This document shows positions 47,011 through 56,882 of a DNA stretch of 64,000 bases, piece after piece (position 1 is the first letter of the stretch; every line of letters starts with the position of its first letter). The DNA comes from Steroidobacteraceae bacterium. GTDB lineage: Bacteria > Pseudomonadota > Gammaproteobacteria > Steroidobacterales > Steroidobacteraceae. Under the pieces are notes generated by a model. That model ran no database searches. It was not told the DNA's origin and worked only from the letters and a program-made list of their open reading frames with translations. The translations under genes were made by a program, and so were the position numbers. The stretch covers positions 12,408-76,407 of the forward strand of contig JBGPKC010000001.1 in NCBI GenBank assembly GCA_041485725.1, given 5' to 3'.

Positions 47011-48362
47011 ACCCGCAAGCGCACCCGACAGTCAACATCGTCGGCGCGGGCCTGGCCGGGTCGCTGCTGGCACTGCTGCTGGCGCGGCGCGGACTGTTCG
47101 TGACGCTGCATGAGCGCCGGCCCGATCCGCGGCAGGCGCAACCCGAGCGCGGGCGCTCCATCAATCTGGCGCTGGCCGCCCGCGGCATGCGCGCCCTGGA
47201 GCGCGCCGGTGTCATGGAGCGCGTGCGCCCGCTGCTGATCCCGATGCGTGGCCGCATGGTGCACGGGTTGTCCGGGCAGACCGCGTTGCAACCGTACGGT
47301 CAGCGCGAACACGAGGTCATCTGGTCGGTCGGCCGCGCCGATCTCAACCGCGTGCTCATCGAGGAGGCGTCGCGCCACGCGGGTGTGAGCGTGCGCTTCA
47401 ACCAGCTGTGCCTGGGCGCGGATGTGCGTGAGGATGGGCTGCGCTTTCGCGACCAGGCGAGCGGCGCACTGCACGAGGTGCCGCTCACGCCCACCATCGC
47501 CACCGACGGCGCAGGCTCTGCGGTGCGCGGCAGCCTCGCAGCCGCCGGGCTCGTGAGCGTGCACGAGGAGTGGCTCGACCACGACTACAAGGAGCTCAGC
47601 GTCCCGCCCGCGACCGGCCGGCCTGCGCTCGAGCCCAACGCGCTGCACATCTGGCCGCGGGGCGGCTTCATGCTGATCGCGCTGCCCAACACCGACGGCA
47701 GCTTCACCGCCACGCTGTTCCTGGCGCGCACTGGCGCGGCCAGCTTCGCCGCGCTCGCCACGGACGAGGCGGTCGCCGGTTTCTTTCAGCACCAGTTCCC
47801 GGACGCGCTGCCGCTCATGCCGGATCTGCTCGCCGAGTTCGCGAGCCACCCGCAGGGCCAGCTTGGCACCGTGCACGCCACTCCCTGGCACGTGGCGGGG
47901 CGCGTGCTGCTGCTGGGCGATGCCGCCCATGCCATCGTTCCCTTTCACGGCCAGGGCATGAACGCCGCATTCGAAGACTGCGTGATGCTCGATGCGCTGG
48001 TGGCGCGCGCCGCCGACTGGCCGGCGGTGTTCGCGCAGTTCGAGCAATCGCGCCGCCCGAACGCGGCGGCGATTGCTCACATGGCGCTGGAAAACTACAC
48101 CGAGATGCGCGATGCCGTGCTGGATGCGCGCTTCGTGCGCCGCAAGGAGCTCGCCATGGGACTGGAGCGGCGCTTTCCCGATCGCTTCATTCCGCGCTAT
48201 TCAATGGTGATGTTTCACCCCGAGATCAGCTACGCCGAGGCGCTGCGGCGCGGGGCGGTGCAGGCGCAGCTGCTGGATGAGCTGGACCCGGGACCGGGCA
48301 CCGAGCCGGATCCTGCCCGCGCGGAACAGCTGATCCGGGAACGTCTGCCGCCGATAACCTGA
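47007..48362 (+). CDS. kmo: kynurenine 3-monooxygenase (FAD-dependent)
   Basis: The TTG start overlaps the kynU TGA. Motifs are VNIVGAGLAGSLLALLLARRG, SINLALAARG and LLGDAAHAIVPFHGQGMN. Confidence 0.88.
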   Translation: MNPQAHPTVNIVGAGLAGSLLALLLARRGLFVTLHERRPDPRQAQPERGRSINLALAARGMRALERAGVMERVRPLLIPMRGRMVHGLSGQTALQPYGQREHEVIWSVGRADLNRVLIEEASRHAGVSVRFNQLCLGADVREDGLRFRDQASGALHEVPLTPTIATDGAGSAVRGSLAAAGLVSVHEEWLDHDYKELSVPPATGRPALEPNALHIWPRGGFMLIALPNTDGSFTATLFLARTGAASFAALATDEAVAGFFQHQFPDALPLMPDLLAEFASHPQGQLGTVHATPWHVAGRVLLLGDAAHAIVPFHGQGMNAAFEDCVMLDALVARAADWPAVFAQFEQSRRPNAAAIAHMALENYTEMRDAVLDARFVRRKELAMGLERRFPDRFIPRYSMVMFHPEISYAEALRRGAVQAQLLDELDPGPGTEPDPARAEQLIRERLPPIT

Positions 48363-48394
48363 AGCGCGCGCGGCAGGCGCGTCGAGGGCCTGAA

Positions 48395-48922
48395 GTGCCG
48401 GAGACAATTGAGATTCGATGTCTCGAGACCCTCGCAGACCGCGAGATCCAGGGACTCTGCGACGTGCTGATCGACTGCGTGGAGGGTGGTGCGTCCGTCA
48501 GCTTCCTGCTGCCGATGTCGCGCGCCAAGGCGCAGGCGTACTGGCGCGCTGCGTCCGCGAGCGTGACGCGCGGCGAGCTGCTGCTGCTCGCCGCCCAAGA
48601 TGCGGCGGGAACGATGGTCGGCACGGTTCAGGTCATGTTGGCTCAGCCGGAGAATCAGCCGCATCGCGCCGACCTCGCCAAGATGCTGGTGCATCGACGC
48701 GCGCGCCGGCAGGGCGTGGGTGCGGCGCTGCTGGCCGGCGCGGAACGCGCCGCGCTCAGCGCCGGCAAGACGCTGCTGGTGCTCGATACGGCCAGCGGCG
48801 ATGCGGAGCGCCTGTATGCGAGGCACGGCTGGCAGCGCTGCGGGCAGATTCCGCATTACGCGCTGTGGCCCGATGGCGCGCCCTGCGCGACCACTATCTT
48901 CTTCAAGTTCCTGCGCAGCTGA
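48395..48922 (+). CDS. GNAT-family N-acetyltransferase
   Basis: Has an acetyl-CoA loop (VHRRARRQGVGAALL) and the tail YARHGW. GTG start. Confidence 0.8.
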   Translation: MPETIEIRCLETLADREIQGLCDVLIDCVEGGASVSFLLPMSRAKAQAYWRAASASVTRGELLLLAAQDAAGTMVGTVQVMLAQPENQPHRADLAKMLVHRRARRQGVGAALLAGAERAALSAGKTLLVLDTASGDAERLYARHGWQRCGQIPHYALWPDGAPCATTIFFKFLRS

Positions 48923-48931
48923 GGCGGCAGC

Positions 48932-49459
48932 TCAGTGATGTCGCGGCGCCTGCGGTGCGTTGCGGCGCTCGAGCGTCACGAACGTGACCGGATAGGCGTG
49001 ATCCTCATCCGCCGGGTGCATGTTGCATTCGACGTCGGCCCATTGGGTCGCATCGAAACCGGGAAAGAAGGTGTCGCCCGGCACATCGGCATGCACGTGG
49101 GTGAGATAGATGCGGCGCGCAAACGGCAGCACCAGACGATAGACCTCCGCGCCTCCTATCGCCACCAGCTCATCGCAGCCGCCGGTGTGCACGAGCGCCT
49201 CCTCCACCGAGTGCACGACGATCACGCCGGCGGCGAACCAGCCGCGATCCCGTGTCAGCACGAGATTGGCGCGCTCGGGAAGCGGGCGGCCGATGGACTC
49301 GAAGGTCTTGCGGCCCATGAGGATGGGCTTACCGAGCGTGAAGGTCTTAAAGCGCTTCAGATCCTTCGGCAAGCGCCACGGCAGCGCGTTGCCGCGGCCA
49401 ATGACGCCGTTTTGCGCCATCGCGACGATCAGTGAAACCAGCGGCTGCGTGGCGCTCAT
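48932..49459 (-). CDS. folA: dihydrofolate reductase
   Basis: Contains LIVAMAQNGVIGRGNALPW, LGKPILMGRKTFESIG and GGAEVY. Confidence 0.93.
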   Translation of the reverse strand: MSATQPLVSLIVAMAQNGVIGRGNALPWRLPKDLKRFKTFTLGKPILMGRKTFESIGRPLPERANLVLTRDRGWFAAGVIVVHSVEEALVHTGGCDELVAIGGAEVYRLVLPFARRIYLTHVHADVPGDTFFPGFDATQWADVECNMHPADEDHAYPVTFVTLERRNAPQAPRHH

Positions 49460-49520
49460 CGGGAGATTATGACAGGCGCGGCAGCCGCAAAGCCATCCGG
49501 TAAACGTGGTAGGGAGCTAA

Positions 49521-51380
49521 TCAGATTTCCACCGCGGTGTTGAGGATGACGACGTCGCGGAACGGCATGCGGAAGAACTCCGCCGCCTGCGTGCTGTATT
49601 GCTGCATGCGCGCAAACAGGCGGCGCTGCAATCCGCGCAGCCCCGGCAGCGGTCGGGCGCGCACCACGTGGCGGCCGACGAAGAACGAGCTGTCCTCGGT
49701 GAACACGCGCAGGCCGCGCGCGCGGCACGCCTTGAGGGCTTCAGCCACATCCGGCGTTTCCATGAAGCCGAAGCGCGCGGTGATGAAGTGCACGCCCGGC
49801 AGCGGCTCTTCTATGCGCAGGCGCCGCACCGGATCCTGGCGCGGCGTGTCGGCGATCTCGACGTTGAGAATGATGAGGCGCTGGTGCACGACACTGTTGT
49901 GCTCGATGTTGCGGATCAGCGCCGACGGCACCAGATTGGCATTGCTGGCAAGAAACACGCCCGTCCCCGGCACGCGGTGCACGCCGGCGACCAGCTTCGC
50001 CAACTCGCTGCGCGGCACGGCCAGCTTCGCCAGCGCCGCGCGCAGCTCGAGCCGCCCGCTGCGCCAGGTGGTGAATATCAGGCACAGCGCAGCCCCCAGC
50101 GTCAGCGGAATCCATCCCCCGTTGGGCACTTTGGTCAGGTTTCCCGCGACAAACGCGCAGTCGGTCACCAGCATCAGGCCGAACAGGCCCGTCACCTGCC
50201 ATTTCGGCCAGTTCCACTGCGTGGCGGCGACGAACGCACCCAGGATCGTGGTGACGACCATGGTGCCGACCACCGCGGCCCCGTAAGCGCCCCCCAGGGC
50301 ATCGGAGGAGCCGAAGCCGACCACGAAGGCGATGACCGCGGGAAACACCAGCCAGTTGACGATCGGCACGTAGATCTGGCCGTGCTCGAGCGCCGAGGTC
50401 TGCAGCACGCGCAGCCGCGGCAGCAGGTCCAGGTGCACCGCCTGGCGCGCCATGGAAAACGCACCCGAGATCGTGGCCTGGGATGCGATGACGGTGGCCG
50501 CGGTCGCCAGGGCCACCAGCCATGGCAGGACCGTGGCGGGCACCAGGTAGTACAGCGGGTGGTCGACCGGCTTACCCAACTCCAGCAGCAGCGCGCCCTG
50601 GCCGAAGTAGTTGATCACCAGCGCCGGGCCCACCAGCGCGAACCATGCGATGCGCACCGGGCGTTTGCCGAAGTGCCCCATGTCGGCATACAGGGCCTCA
50701 CCGCCGGTGATGGCGAGGAATACGGCGCCGATGATCGCCAGCGCCACCTGCGGCCGGTGCAGCAGCAGGCCGATGCCGCAGGAAGGATTCAGCGCGGCCA
50801 GCACCTGTGGGTTGCGGCTGATGGGAATGGCGCCAATGACCGCGATCACCACGAACCAGACCACCATGACCGGGCCGAACAGGCTGGCCACTTTGGCGGT
50901 GCCGCGGCTCTGATACGCAAACAGCACGGCGATGACAACGATGGTGACCGGGATCACGGCGCTCTTGAAGCCGGGGTTCAGGACCTCCAGGCCCTCCACC
51001 GCGCTCAACACCGAGATCGCCGGCGTGATCAGCGCGTCGCAGAAAAAGAAAGCGGTGCCCGCGAGCGCCAGCCCTACCGCGACCTTCGCCCAGGTGCTGC
51101 CGGTGATCAGCCGCCGCTGCGCCAGGGCGAACAGCGCCAGGATCCCGCCTTCCCCCTCGTTGTCGGCGCGCATGATGACCGTCAGGTACTTCAGGGTGAC
51201 GGAGATGGTGAGGCTCCAGAAGATCAGCGACAGCACGCCCAGCACCGCTTCGGCGTTGAAAGTGCCGGCCGCGCCAAGCGCCGACTGCATCGCATACAGC
51301 GGGCTCGTACCGATGTCGCCGTACACGATGCCCATGGCACCGACCACCGCGGACACACTGACGCGACGCGAGTTGTTCAT
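49521..51380 (-). CDS. kup: KUP/HAK/KT-family potassium uptake protein
   Basis: Contains GIVYGDIGTSPLY, NEGEGGILAL and GGEALYADMGHFG. 619 aa. Confidence 0.95.
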   Translation of the reverse strand: MNNSRRVSVSAVVGAMGIVYGDIGTSPLYAMQSALGAAGTFNAEAVLGVLSLIFWSLTISVTLKYLTVIMRADNEGEGGILALFALAQRRLITGSTWAKVAVGLALAGTAFFFCDALITPAISVLSAVEGLEVLNPGFKSAVIPVTIVVIAVLFAYQSRGTAKVASLFGPVMVVWFVVIAVIGAIPISRNPQVLAALNPSCGIGLLLHRPQVALAIIGAVFLAITGGEALYADMGHFGKRPVRIAWFALVGPALVINYFGQGALLLELGKPVDHPLYYLVPATVLPWLVALATAATVIASQATISGAFSMARQAVHLDLLPRLRVLQTSALEHGQIYVPIVNWLVFPAVIAFVVGFGSSDALGGAYGAAVVGTMVVTTILGAFVAATQWNWPKWQVTGLFGLMLVTDCAFVAGNLTKVPNGGWIPLTLGAALCLIFTTWRSGRLELRAALAKLAVPRSELAKLVAGVHRVPGTGVFLASNANLVPSALIRNIEHNSVVHQRLIILNVEIADTPRQDPVRRLRIEEPLPGVHFITARFGFMETPDVAEALKACRARGLRVFTEDSSFFVGRHVVRARPLPGLRGLQRRLFARMQQYSTQAAEFFRMPFRDVVILNTAVEI

Positions 51381-51404
51381 GTGGATTGCCGGCCGCGGCC
51401 CAGC

Positions 51405-51923
51405 TCAGCAGCGGCGGCGGCTGCCTGGCCCCTCGGACTCCGGCTGCGGCGCGCGCGGCGGCGGCCACAGCATGCTGCCGCGGCAGCGCTGGTAGCCGCA
51501 GCGGCATGCAAAGATCGCGTCGATGTCCGGCGGGTCGTCCGCCTCGCGCTGGATCTGGTAATCGTAGGTGAGCTCCTCGCCCGCTCCGATGGTGCGGATC
51601 GCGTCGATGTACACGCGCTGGTTCTCGATCAGCGATTCGCAGTTCGGCTCGCAGGAGTGATTCATGAAGCGCGCCTCGTTGCCATCGACGCCGGCGTCGA
51701 TCACGGTGTGCGAGTCGACGATGAACAGGAAGGTGTGGTTATCGCCTGCATCCTTGTGGTCGTAACGGCGATCCGCTTCCGTATGCGACACGCGTTCGCC
51801 CAGGTACTCGATGATGCGTGTGCCGCTCGGGATGCGCCGCGCGGCGAACACACCCAGGCCGTGCAGGCGCGAATCGCGCACCTCGATCAGCGGCGCCTGC
51901 CCGCCGGTGTCTGCCGCGTTCAC
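51405..51923 (-). CDS. SET-domain protein (putative protein-lysine N-methyltransferase)
   Basis: Contains [36 protein letters not shown] and the post-SET-like cysteines [10 protein letters not shown]. The ATGA overlaps the thyA stop. Confidence 0.85.
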   Translation of the reverse strand: MNAADTGGQAPLIEVRDSRLHGLGVFAARRIPSGTRIIEYLGERVSHTEADRRYDHKDAGDNHTFLFIVDSHTVIDAGVDGNEARFMNHSCEPNCESLIENQRVYIDAIRTIGAGEELTYDYQIQREADDPPDIDAIFACRCGYQRCRGSMLWPPPRAPQPESEGPGSRRRC

Positions 51924-52714
51924 ACCGCCACCGGCGCCCTGATCGGCGCATGATGCTGGTAATTCACGAACTCGAAGTCCTCGTACTGATAAGCGAACAT
52001 GCTCGCCGGGCGGCGGCGGATCAGCAGCTGCGGCAGCGCGAACGGCGTGCGCGCCAGCTGCAGGTCCGCCTGCTCCAGATGATTCAGGTACAGGTGGCAG
52101 TCGCCGCCGGTCCAGATGAGCTCACCGGGCTTGAGATCGCATTGCTGCGCGAACAGGTGCGTGAGCAGCGCGTAGCTGGCGATGTTGAATGGCACGCCGA
52201 GAAACACATCCGCGCTGCGCTGGTAGAGCTGGCAGGACAAGCGTCCGGCGGCCACGTGCAACTGGAAAAACGCATGGCAGGGCATGAGCCGCATGCGCTC
52301 GAGCTCACCGACGTTCCAGGCGCTGACCATGATGCGGCGCGAATCAGGCTCGGTCTTGAGCCGCTCGACGGCCTGGGCGATCTGGTCGATGGCGCGTCCG
52401 TCGGCTGCCGGACAGGCGCGCCACTGGCTGCCGTAGACCGGGCCCAACTCGCCGTGCGCATCCGCCCATTCGTCCCAGATCGTAACGCCATGCTCGTGCA
52501 GCCAGGCGACGTTGGTGTCGCCGCGCAGGAACCACAGCAGCTCGTACACCACCGAGCGTACGTGGATCTTCTTGGTGGTGACCAGCGGGAAGCCGCGGGC
52601 GAGATCGAAGCGCATCTGGTGCGCAAACACCGACAACGTGCCGGTGCCGGTGCGGTCATCCTTGCGCACGCCCTCGGTGCGGATCCGGCGCATCAGCTCC
52701 AGGTACTGTTTCAT
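51920..52714 (-). CDS. thyA: thymidylate synthase
   Basis: Trimmed to [11 protein letters not shown]. Motifs are DRTGTGT, PCHAFFQ and [16 protein letters not shown]. Confidence 0.96.
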   Translation of the reverse strand: MKQYLELMRRIRTEGVRKDDRTGTGTLSVFAHQMRFDLARGFPLVTTKKIHVRSVVYELLWFLRGDTNVAWLHEHGVTIWDEWADAHGELGPVYGSQWRACPAADGRAIDQIAQAVERLKTEPDSRRIMVSAWNVGELERMRLMPCHAFFQLHVAAGRLSCQLYQRSADVFLGVPFNIASYALLTHLFAQQCDLKPGELIWTGGDCHLYLNHLEQADLQLARTPFALPQLLIRRRPASMFAYQYEDFEFVNYQHHAPIRAPVAV

Positions 52715-53511
52715 GGTGCGCTGGCGAAATTGCCCGAGGGCGCGCGCACGCGGTACGCCCACAGCAGCAGCGCGACGCCGCCCACGATCATCGGCGCCGA
52801 CAGCAGTTGCCCTTCCGTGAACCAGCCGCCGGCGAGATAGCCGATGTGCTCATCCGGCACCCGCACGAACTCCACCAGGAAGCGCGCGACGCCGTAGACA
52901 GCCAAGAACAGCCCCGTCGGCGCCAGCCGCGGCCGTGGGCGTGCGGTGAACCACCAGATCACGGTGAACAGCAGCAGGCCTTCGAGGGCCGCCTCGTAGA
53001 GCTGCGAGGGGTGCCGCACCTCGCCGTTGACTCGAAATCCCCACGGCACGGTTGTAACCTTGCCCCACAGCTCGCTGTTGATGAAGTTACCGATGCGGCC
53101 AAAGAACAGGCCCAGCGCCGGCAGCGGCACGGTGAAATCGTAGACGTCGGCGGGATGGCGGCCATGGCGCCAAGCAAACAGCGTCAGCGCGGTGGCGACA
53201 CCGACCAGTCCGCCGTGGAAGGACATGCCGCCCTCCCACAGCCTGAGTGGATACCACGCGTCGTTCGCCCAGAACGTCAAGCCATAGAACAGCACGTAGC
53301 CGATGCGCCCGCCGAGAATCACACCGAGCATGGCGAAGAAGATGAGATCGTCGACATCGTTCTTCTGCCAGCTCGAGCCGGGCCTGGCGGCCCGCCGGCG
53401 CGCGAGCCACCAGGCGGCCGCGAACCCGAGCAGGTACATGATGCCGTACCAATGCACCCTGATCGGGCCGATCTCGAAGGCCACCTTGTTGAAACCGGGG
53501 AAGGTCAGCAT
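52711..53511 (-). CDS. lgt: prolipoprotein diacylglyceryl transferase
   Basis: Contains [35 protein letters not shown] and HPSQLYE. The ATGA overlaps thyA. Confidence 0.95.
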   Translation of the reverse strand: MLTFPGFNKVAFEIGPIRVHWYGIMYLLGFAAAWWLARRRAARPGSSWQKNDVDDLIFFAMLGVILGGRIGYVLFYGLTFWANDAWYPLRLWEGGMSFHGGLVGVATALTLFAWRHGRHPADVYDFTVPLPALGLFFGRIGNFINSELWGKVTTVPWGFRVNGEVRHPSQLYEAALEGLLLFTVIWWFTARPRPRLAPTGLFLAVYGVARFLVEFVRVPDEHIGYLAGGWFTEGQLLSAPMIVGGVALLLWAYRVRAPSGNFASAP

Positions 53512-53523
53512 GAGGCGCGAAGT

Positions 53524-54750
53524 TTAGCCGACCTCGCGCGTCACGCGGCAGAAGAACGCCTTCAGATAGCGGGTCTCCGGGATCGCCGGGTGCACGGGGT
53601 GGTCGGGCGACTGACCCCCCGCTTCCAGGATCTGGACGAATCGCCCGCTGTGACGCGCGGCGTTCTGGATGGCGTTGACCAGCTCTTCGGGCGCGAGATG
53701 GTATGAGCACGAACAGGACACCAGCAGTCCCTCGTCCGCGAGCAATCCCAGGGCGAGCTGATTGAGCTTGCGGTACGCCGCCTGCCCCTGCGGGATGTCT
53801 TTCTTGCGCTTGATGAACGCGGGCGGATCGAGAATCACCACCTCGAACCGCTCGCCCTGCTCCCCCAGGCTCTTCAGTGCCTCGAACGCCTCCGCACGGA
53901 TCACTTCGACAGCGGTGCCGTTGCGCCGCGCGTTGAGCCGCGCAAACTCCAGCGCCGCCTGCGAAGCATCCACGCAATGTGCGCGCGCGGCTCCATGGGC
54001 GAGCGCCGTGACCGCCCAGGCCCCCACGTACGAGCACACATCGAGCACCCGTGCGCCCGCTGGAATGTAACGCGCCAGCCGCGCGCGGTTGGCGCTCTGG
54101 TCGTAAAACCAACCGGTCTTCTGGCCCGCGGCGAGCGGCGCCGTGAACGACAGAGCGCCTTCAGTGACTTCGATGTTGCCCGGGACCGTGCCGAACGCCG
54201 CCTCCGCAACCCGGGGCAGATGCTCGAGCTCGCGCGCCGCGGAGTCGTTCTTCCAGAACAGCACCGCCGGTGCGAGCACTGCGCGTACCGCGGCGGCGAC
54301 CTCGTCGCGCAGCGCCTCCATGCCGGCGGTGGCGATCTGACCGACGATCACGTCGCCGTAGCGATCGAGCACCAGTCCCGGCAGCTGGTCCGACTCGCCA
54401 AATACCCAGCGGTAATAGGGCGCCGTGCCCAGCCGCCGGCGCAGCGCGAGCGCCGTCGTGAGTCGCCGCTCGAGCAGCGCCCGGTTCACGGGTTGCGACG
54501 GGTCCCGCGACAGGATGCGTGCGCAGATGAGTGCGTGCGGGTTGACGCAGGCGTAGCCGACAAATGCGTCGCGCTGCGTGCGCACCTGCGCCACGGCACC
54601 GGGCGCGAATGCGGTCAGCGGCGTGCTGTCGGTGTCGACCTCATTGCTGAACACCCACATGTGCCCCGCCGCCAGGCGCCGTTCCTCGCCGCGCTTCAGG
54701 CGCAGCACGCCCGCGGCAGGCTCGGCGTGTGGGGCATCGGGGTTCGGCAT
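53524..54750 (-). CDS. rlmI: 23S rRNA (cytosine-C5)-methyltransferase, RlmI-like (PUA + class I MTase)
   Basis: Trimmed to MPNPDAPH. Motifs are [28 protein letters not shown] and ILDPPAF. Confidence 0.8.
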   Translation of the reverse strand: MPNPDAPHAEPAAGVLRLKRGEERRLAAGHMWVFSNEVDTDSTPLTAFAPGAVAQVRTQRDAFVGYACVNPHALICARILSRDPSQPVNRALLERRLTTALALRRRLGTAPYYRWVFGESDQLPGLVLDRYGDVIVGQIATAGMEALRDEVAAAVRAVLAPAVLFWKNDSAARELEHLPRVAEAAFGTVPGNIEVTEGALSFTAPLAAGQKTGWFYDQSANRARLARYIPAGARVLDVCSYVGAWAVTALAHGAARAHCVDASQAALEFARLNARRNGTAVEVIRAEAFEALKSLGEQGERFEVVILDPPAFIKRKKDIPQGQAAYRKLNQLALGLLADEGLLVSCSCSYHLAPEELVNAIQNAARHSGRFVQILEAGGQSPDHPVHPAIPETRYLKAFFCRVTREVG

Positions 54751-54787
54751 CGGAAGCGGAAGTATACAATCGGACCCGGAGATCGTG

Positions 54788-56878
54788 ATGCACACCAGCC
54801 ATCTCAATAGTGACGGCACGCCGAAGTACACCAACCGTCTCGCCGCCGAGACGAGTCCGTACCTGCAACAGCACGCTCACAATCCCGTCGAGTGGTACCC
54901 GTGGGGCCTCGAGGCGTTCGAGAGCGCACGGAGGGAAAAGAAGCCAATTCATCTGAGCGTAGGATATTCGGCCTGCCGGTGGTGCCACGTACTCGAGGAA
55001 GAGAGCTTCGAGGACGAAGCCACCGCGCGCCTGCTCAACGAGCTGTTCATCAACATCAAGGTCGATCGCGAAGAGCGCCCCGACATCGACCGCATCTACC
55101 AGATCGCGCAGCAGATGCTCACGCAGCGCGGGGGCGGCTGGCCGCTAACCATGTTCCTGACGCACGATGACCAGCGACCGTTCTTCGGCGGCACCTACTT
55201 TCCGAAGGAGGCGCGCTACGGCTTGCCGGCCTTCAAGGACATCCTGTTGCGCGTCGCCGGCTACTACCGCGATCATGCCGCGGAGCTGCGTTCGCAGAAC
55301 GATGCACTCATGGCGGCGTTCGCCGGGCTCAATCCCCCGCCGGCTGCCAACGACACCGAGCTCAGCGACGTGCCGCTCACCACCTGCCGCGCACAGCTGG
55401 GGCGCAGCTTCGATCCCCGCCACGGCGGCTTCGGCGGCGCGCCGAAATTTCCGCACCCGCTGACCATCGAGCGGCTGCTGCGCGACTGGCATGCGAGCGC
55501 GGCCGCGCCGGAGCCCGACCTGCAGGCGCTGCATATGGCGACGTTCACGCTGCGCCGCATGGCCGAAGGCGGGATCAACGATCAGCTGGGAGGCGGCTTC
55601 TGTCGGTACTCGGTCGATGAGTACTGGATGATCCCGCACTTCGAGAAGATGCTGTACGACAACGGCGCGCTGCTGGCGGTGTACGCGCAGGCTGCGCTGG
55701 CGAGCGGCGATCCGTTCTATGCGCGCGTGGCGCTCGAGACTGCTGCGTGGACTGTGCGCGAGATGCAGTCCCCGCAGGGCGGCTACTACTCGAGCCTCGA
55801 TGCCGATTCCGAGGGTCACGAGGGCAAGTTCTACGTATGGGATCGCGCGGAAATAGCTGCGGCGCTCAGCGCCGAGGAGTTCGCGATGTTCGCGCCGCGC
55901 TTCGGCCTCGATGGAGCTGCGAATTTCGAGGGCCGCTGGCACCTGCGTGTGTGCGCGCCAGTGGATGAGATCGCAAAGCGCGTGTCCCGCACGCCCGCCG
56001 AGGTCGAGGCGCTGCTGGCGTCGGCGCGCGCCAGGCTGTTCGAGATCCGGGCGCAGCGCGTGCGTCCGGGCCGCGACGACAAGATCCTGACCTCATGGAA
56101 CGCGCTGATGATCCGCGGCATGGCGATCGCCGCGCGCGCGCTGGCGCGCGATGACCTGCTGGACTGCGCCAGCCGCGCGCTCGATTTCATCCGTGGCACG
56201 CTGTGGCGCGACGGGCGTCTGCTGGCGACCAGCATGGATGGTCGCACGCATCTGAACGCCTATCTGGATGATTACGTGTATCTCGCCGATGCGGTGCTCG
56301 AGCTGCAGCAAGTGCGCTTCCGGGGCGAGGAGCTCGGGTTTGCGCAGCAGCTGCTCGAGGTGGTGCTGGCGCATTTCTCCGACAGCGCGGCCGGCGGCTT
56401 CTACTTCACCTCCGACGATCACGAAACCCTGATCCATCGCTCCAAGTCATTCAGCGACGACGCGACCCCGGCGGGCAACGGCATTGCCGCCTGTGTGCTG
56501 CAGCGCCTGGGGCATGTGCTGGGCGAGCCCCGCTACCTGGCGGCGGCGGAGCGCACGCTGCGGGCGGCGTGGCCGGCGCTGCTCAGCCATCCGCACGCGC
56601 ACACCACCCTGCTAACCGCCCTGGAGGAGCTGCTGTATCCGCCTGCGATCGTTATCATTCGCGGTGAGCCCGCGCTGATCGAAACCTGGCGCACCGAGCT
56701 GGCGAAGCTCTATGCGCCACGGCGGCTGGTGCTCGCCATACCGGCCGACGCTCCCGATCTGCCGCCGGCGCTCGCGGACAAGGCACCGCGGGCGGATACC
56801 GTCGCCTACGTCTGCCGGGGGAGCAGCTGCTCGGCGCCGCTGGATTCGCTCGGCGCGCTCATCGGAGAGTTGCGCTAG
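54788..56878 (+). CDS. thioredoxin-domain (DUF255) protein with six-hairpin glycosidase-like domain, YyaL/SSP411 type
   Basis: The ATG at 54788 lies within ORF 54578..56878. The N-terminal motifs are [27 protein letters not shown] and [10 protein letters not shown]-like. Confidence 0.8.
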   Translation: MHTSHLNSDGTPKYTNRLAAETSPYLQQHAHNPVEWYPWGLEAFESARREKKPIHLSVGYSACRWCHVLEEESFEDEATARLLNELFINIKVDREERPDIDRIYQIAQQMLTQRGGGWPLTMFLTHDDQRPFFGGTYFPKEARYGLPAFKDILLRVAGYYRDHAAELRSQNDALMAAFAGLNPPPAANDTELSDVPLTTCRAQLGRSFDPRHGGFGGAPKFPHPLTIERLLRDWHASAAAPEPDLQALHMATFTLRRMAEGGINDQLGGGFCRYSVDEYWMIPHFEKMLYDNGALLAVYAQAALASGDPFYARVALETAAWTVREMQSPQGGYYSSLDADSEGHEGKFYVWDRAEIAAALSAEEFAMFAPRFGLDGAANFEGRWHLRVCAPVDEIAKRVSRTPAEVEALLASARARLFEIRAQRVRPGRDDKILTSWNALMIRGMAIAARALARDDLLDCASRALDFIRGTLWRDGRLLATSMDGRTHLNAYLDDYVYLADAVLELQQVRFRGEELGFAQQLLEVVLAHFSDSAAGGFYFTSDDHETLIHRSKSFSDDATPAGNGIAACVLQRLGHVLGEPRYLAAAERTLRAAWPALLSHPHAHTTLLTALEELLYPPAIVIIRGEPALIETWRTELAKLYAPRRLVLAIPADAPDLPPALADKAPRADTVAYVCRGSSCSAPLDSLGALIGELR

Positions 56879-56882
56879 CCTC

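Noticed and set aside
49599-51953. 784-aa ORF on the plus strand
   Set aside because: It is antisense to kup and the SET-domain gene. The Arg/Gly/Asp/His-rich composition shows no domain features.
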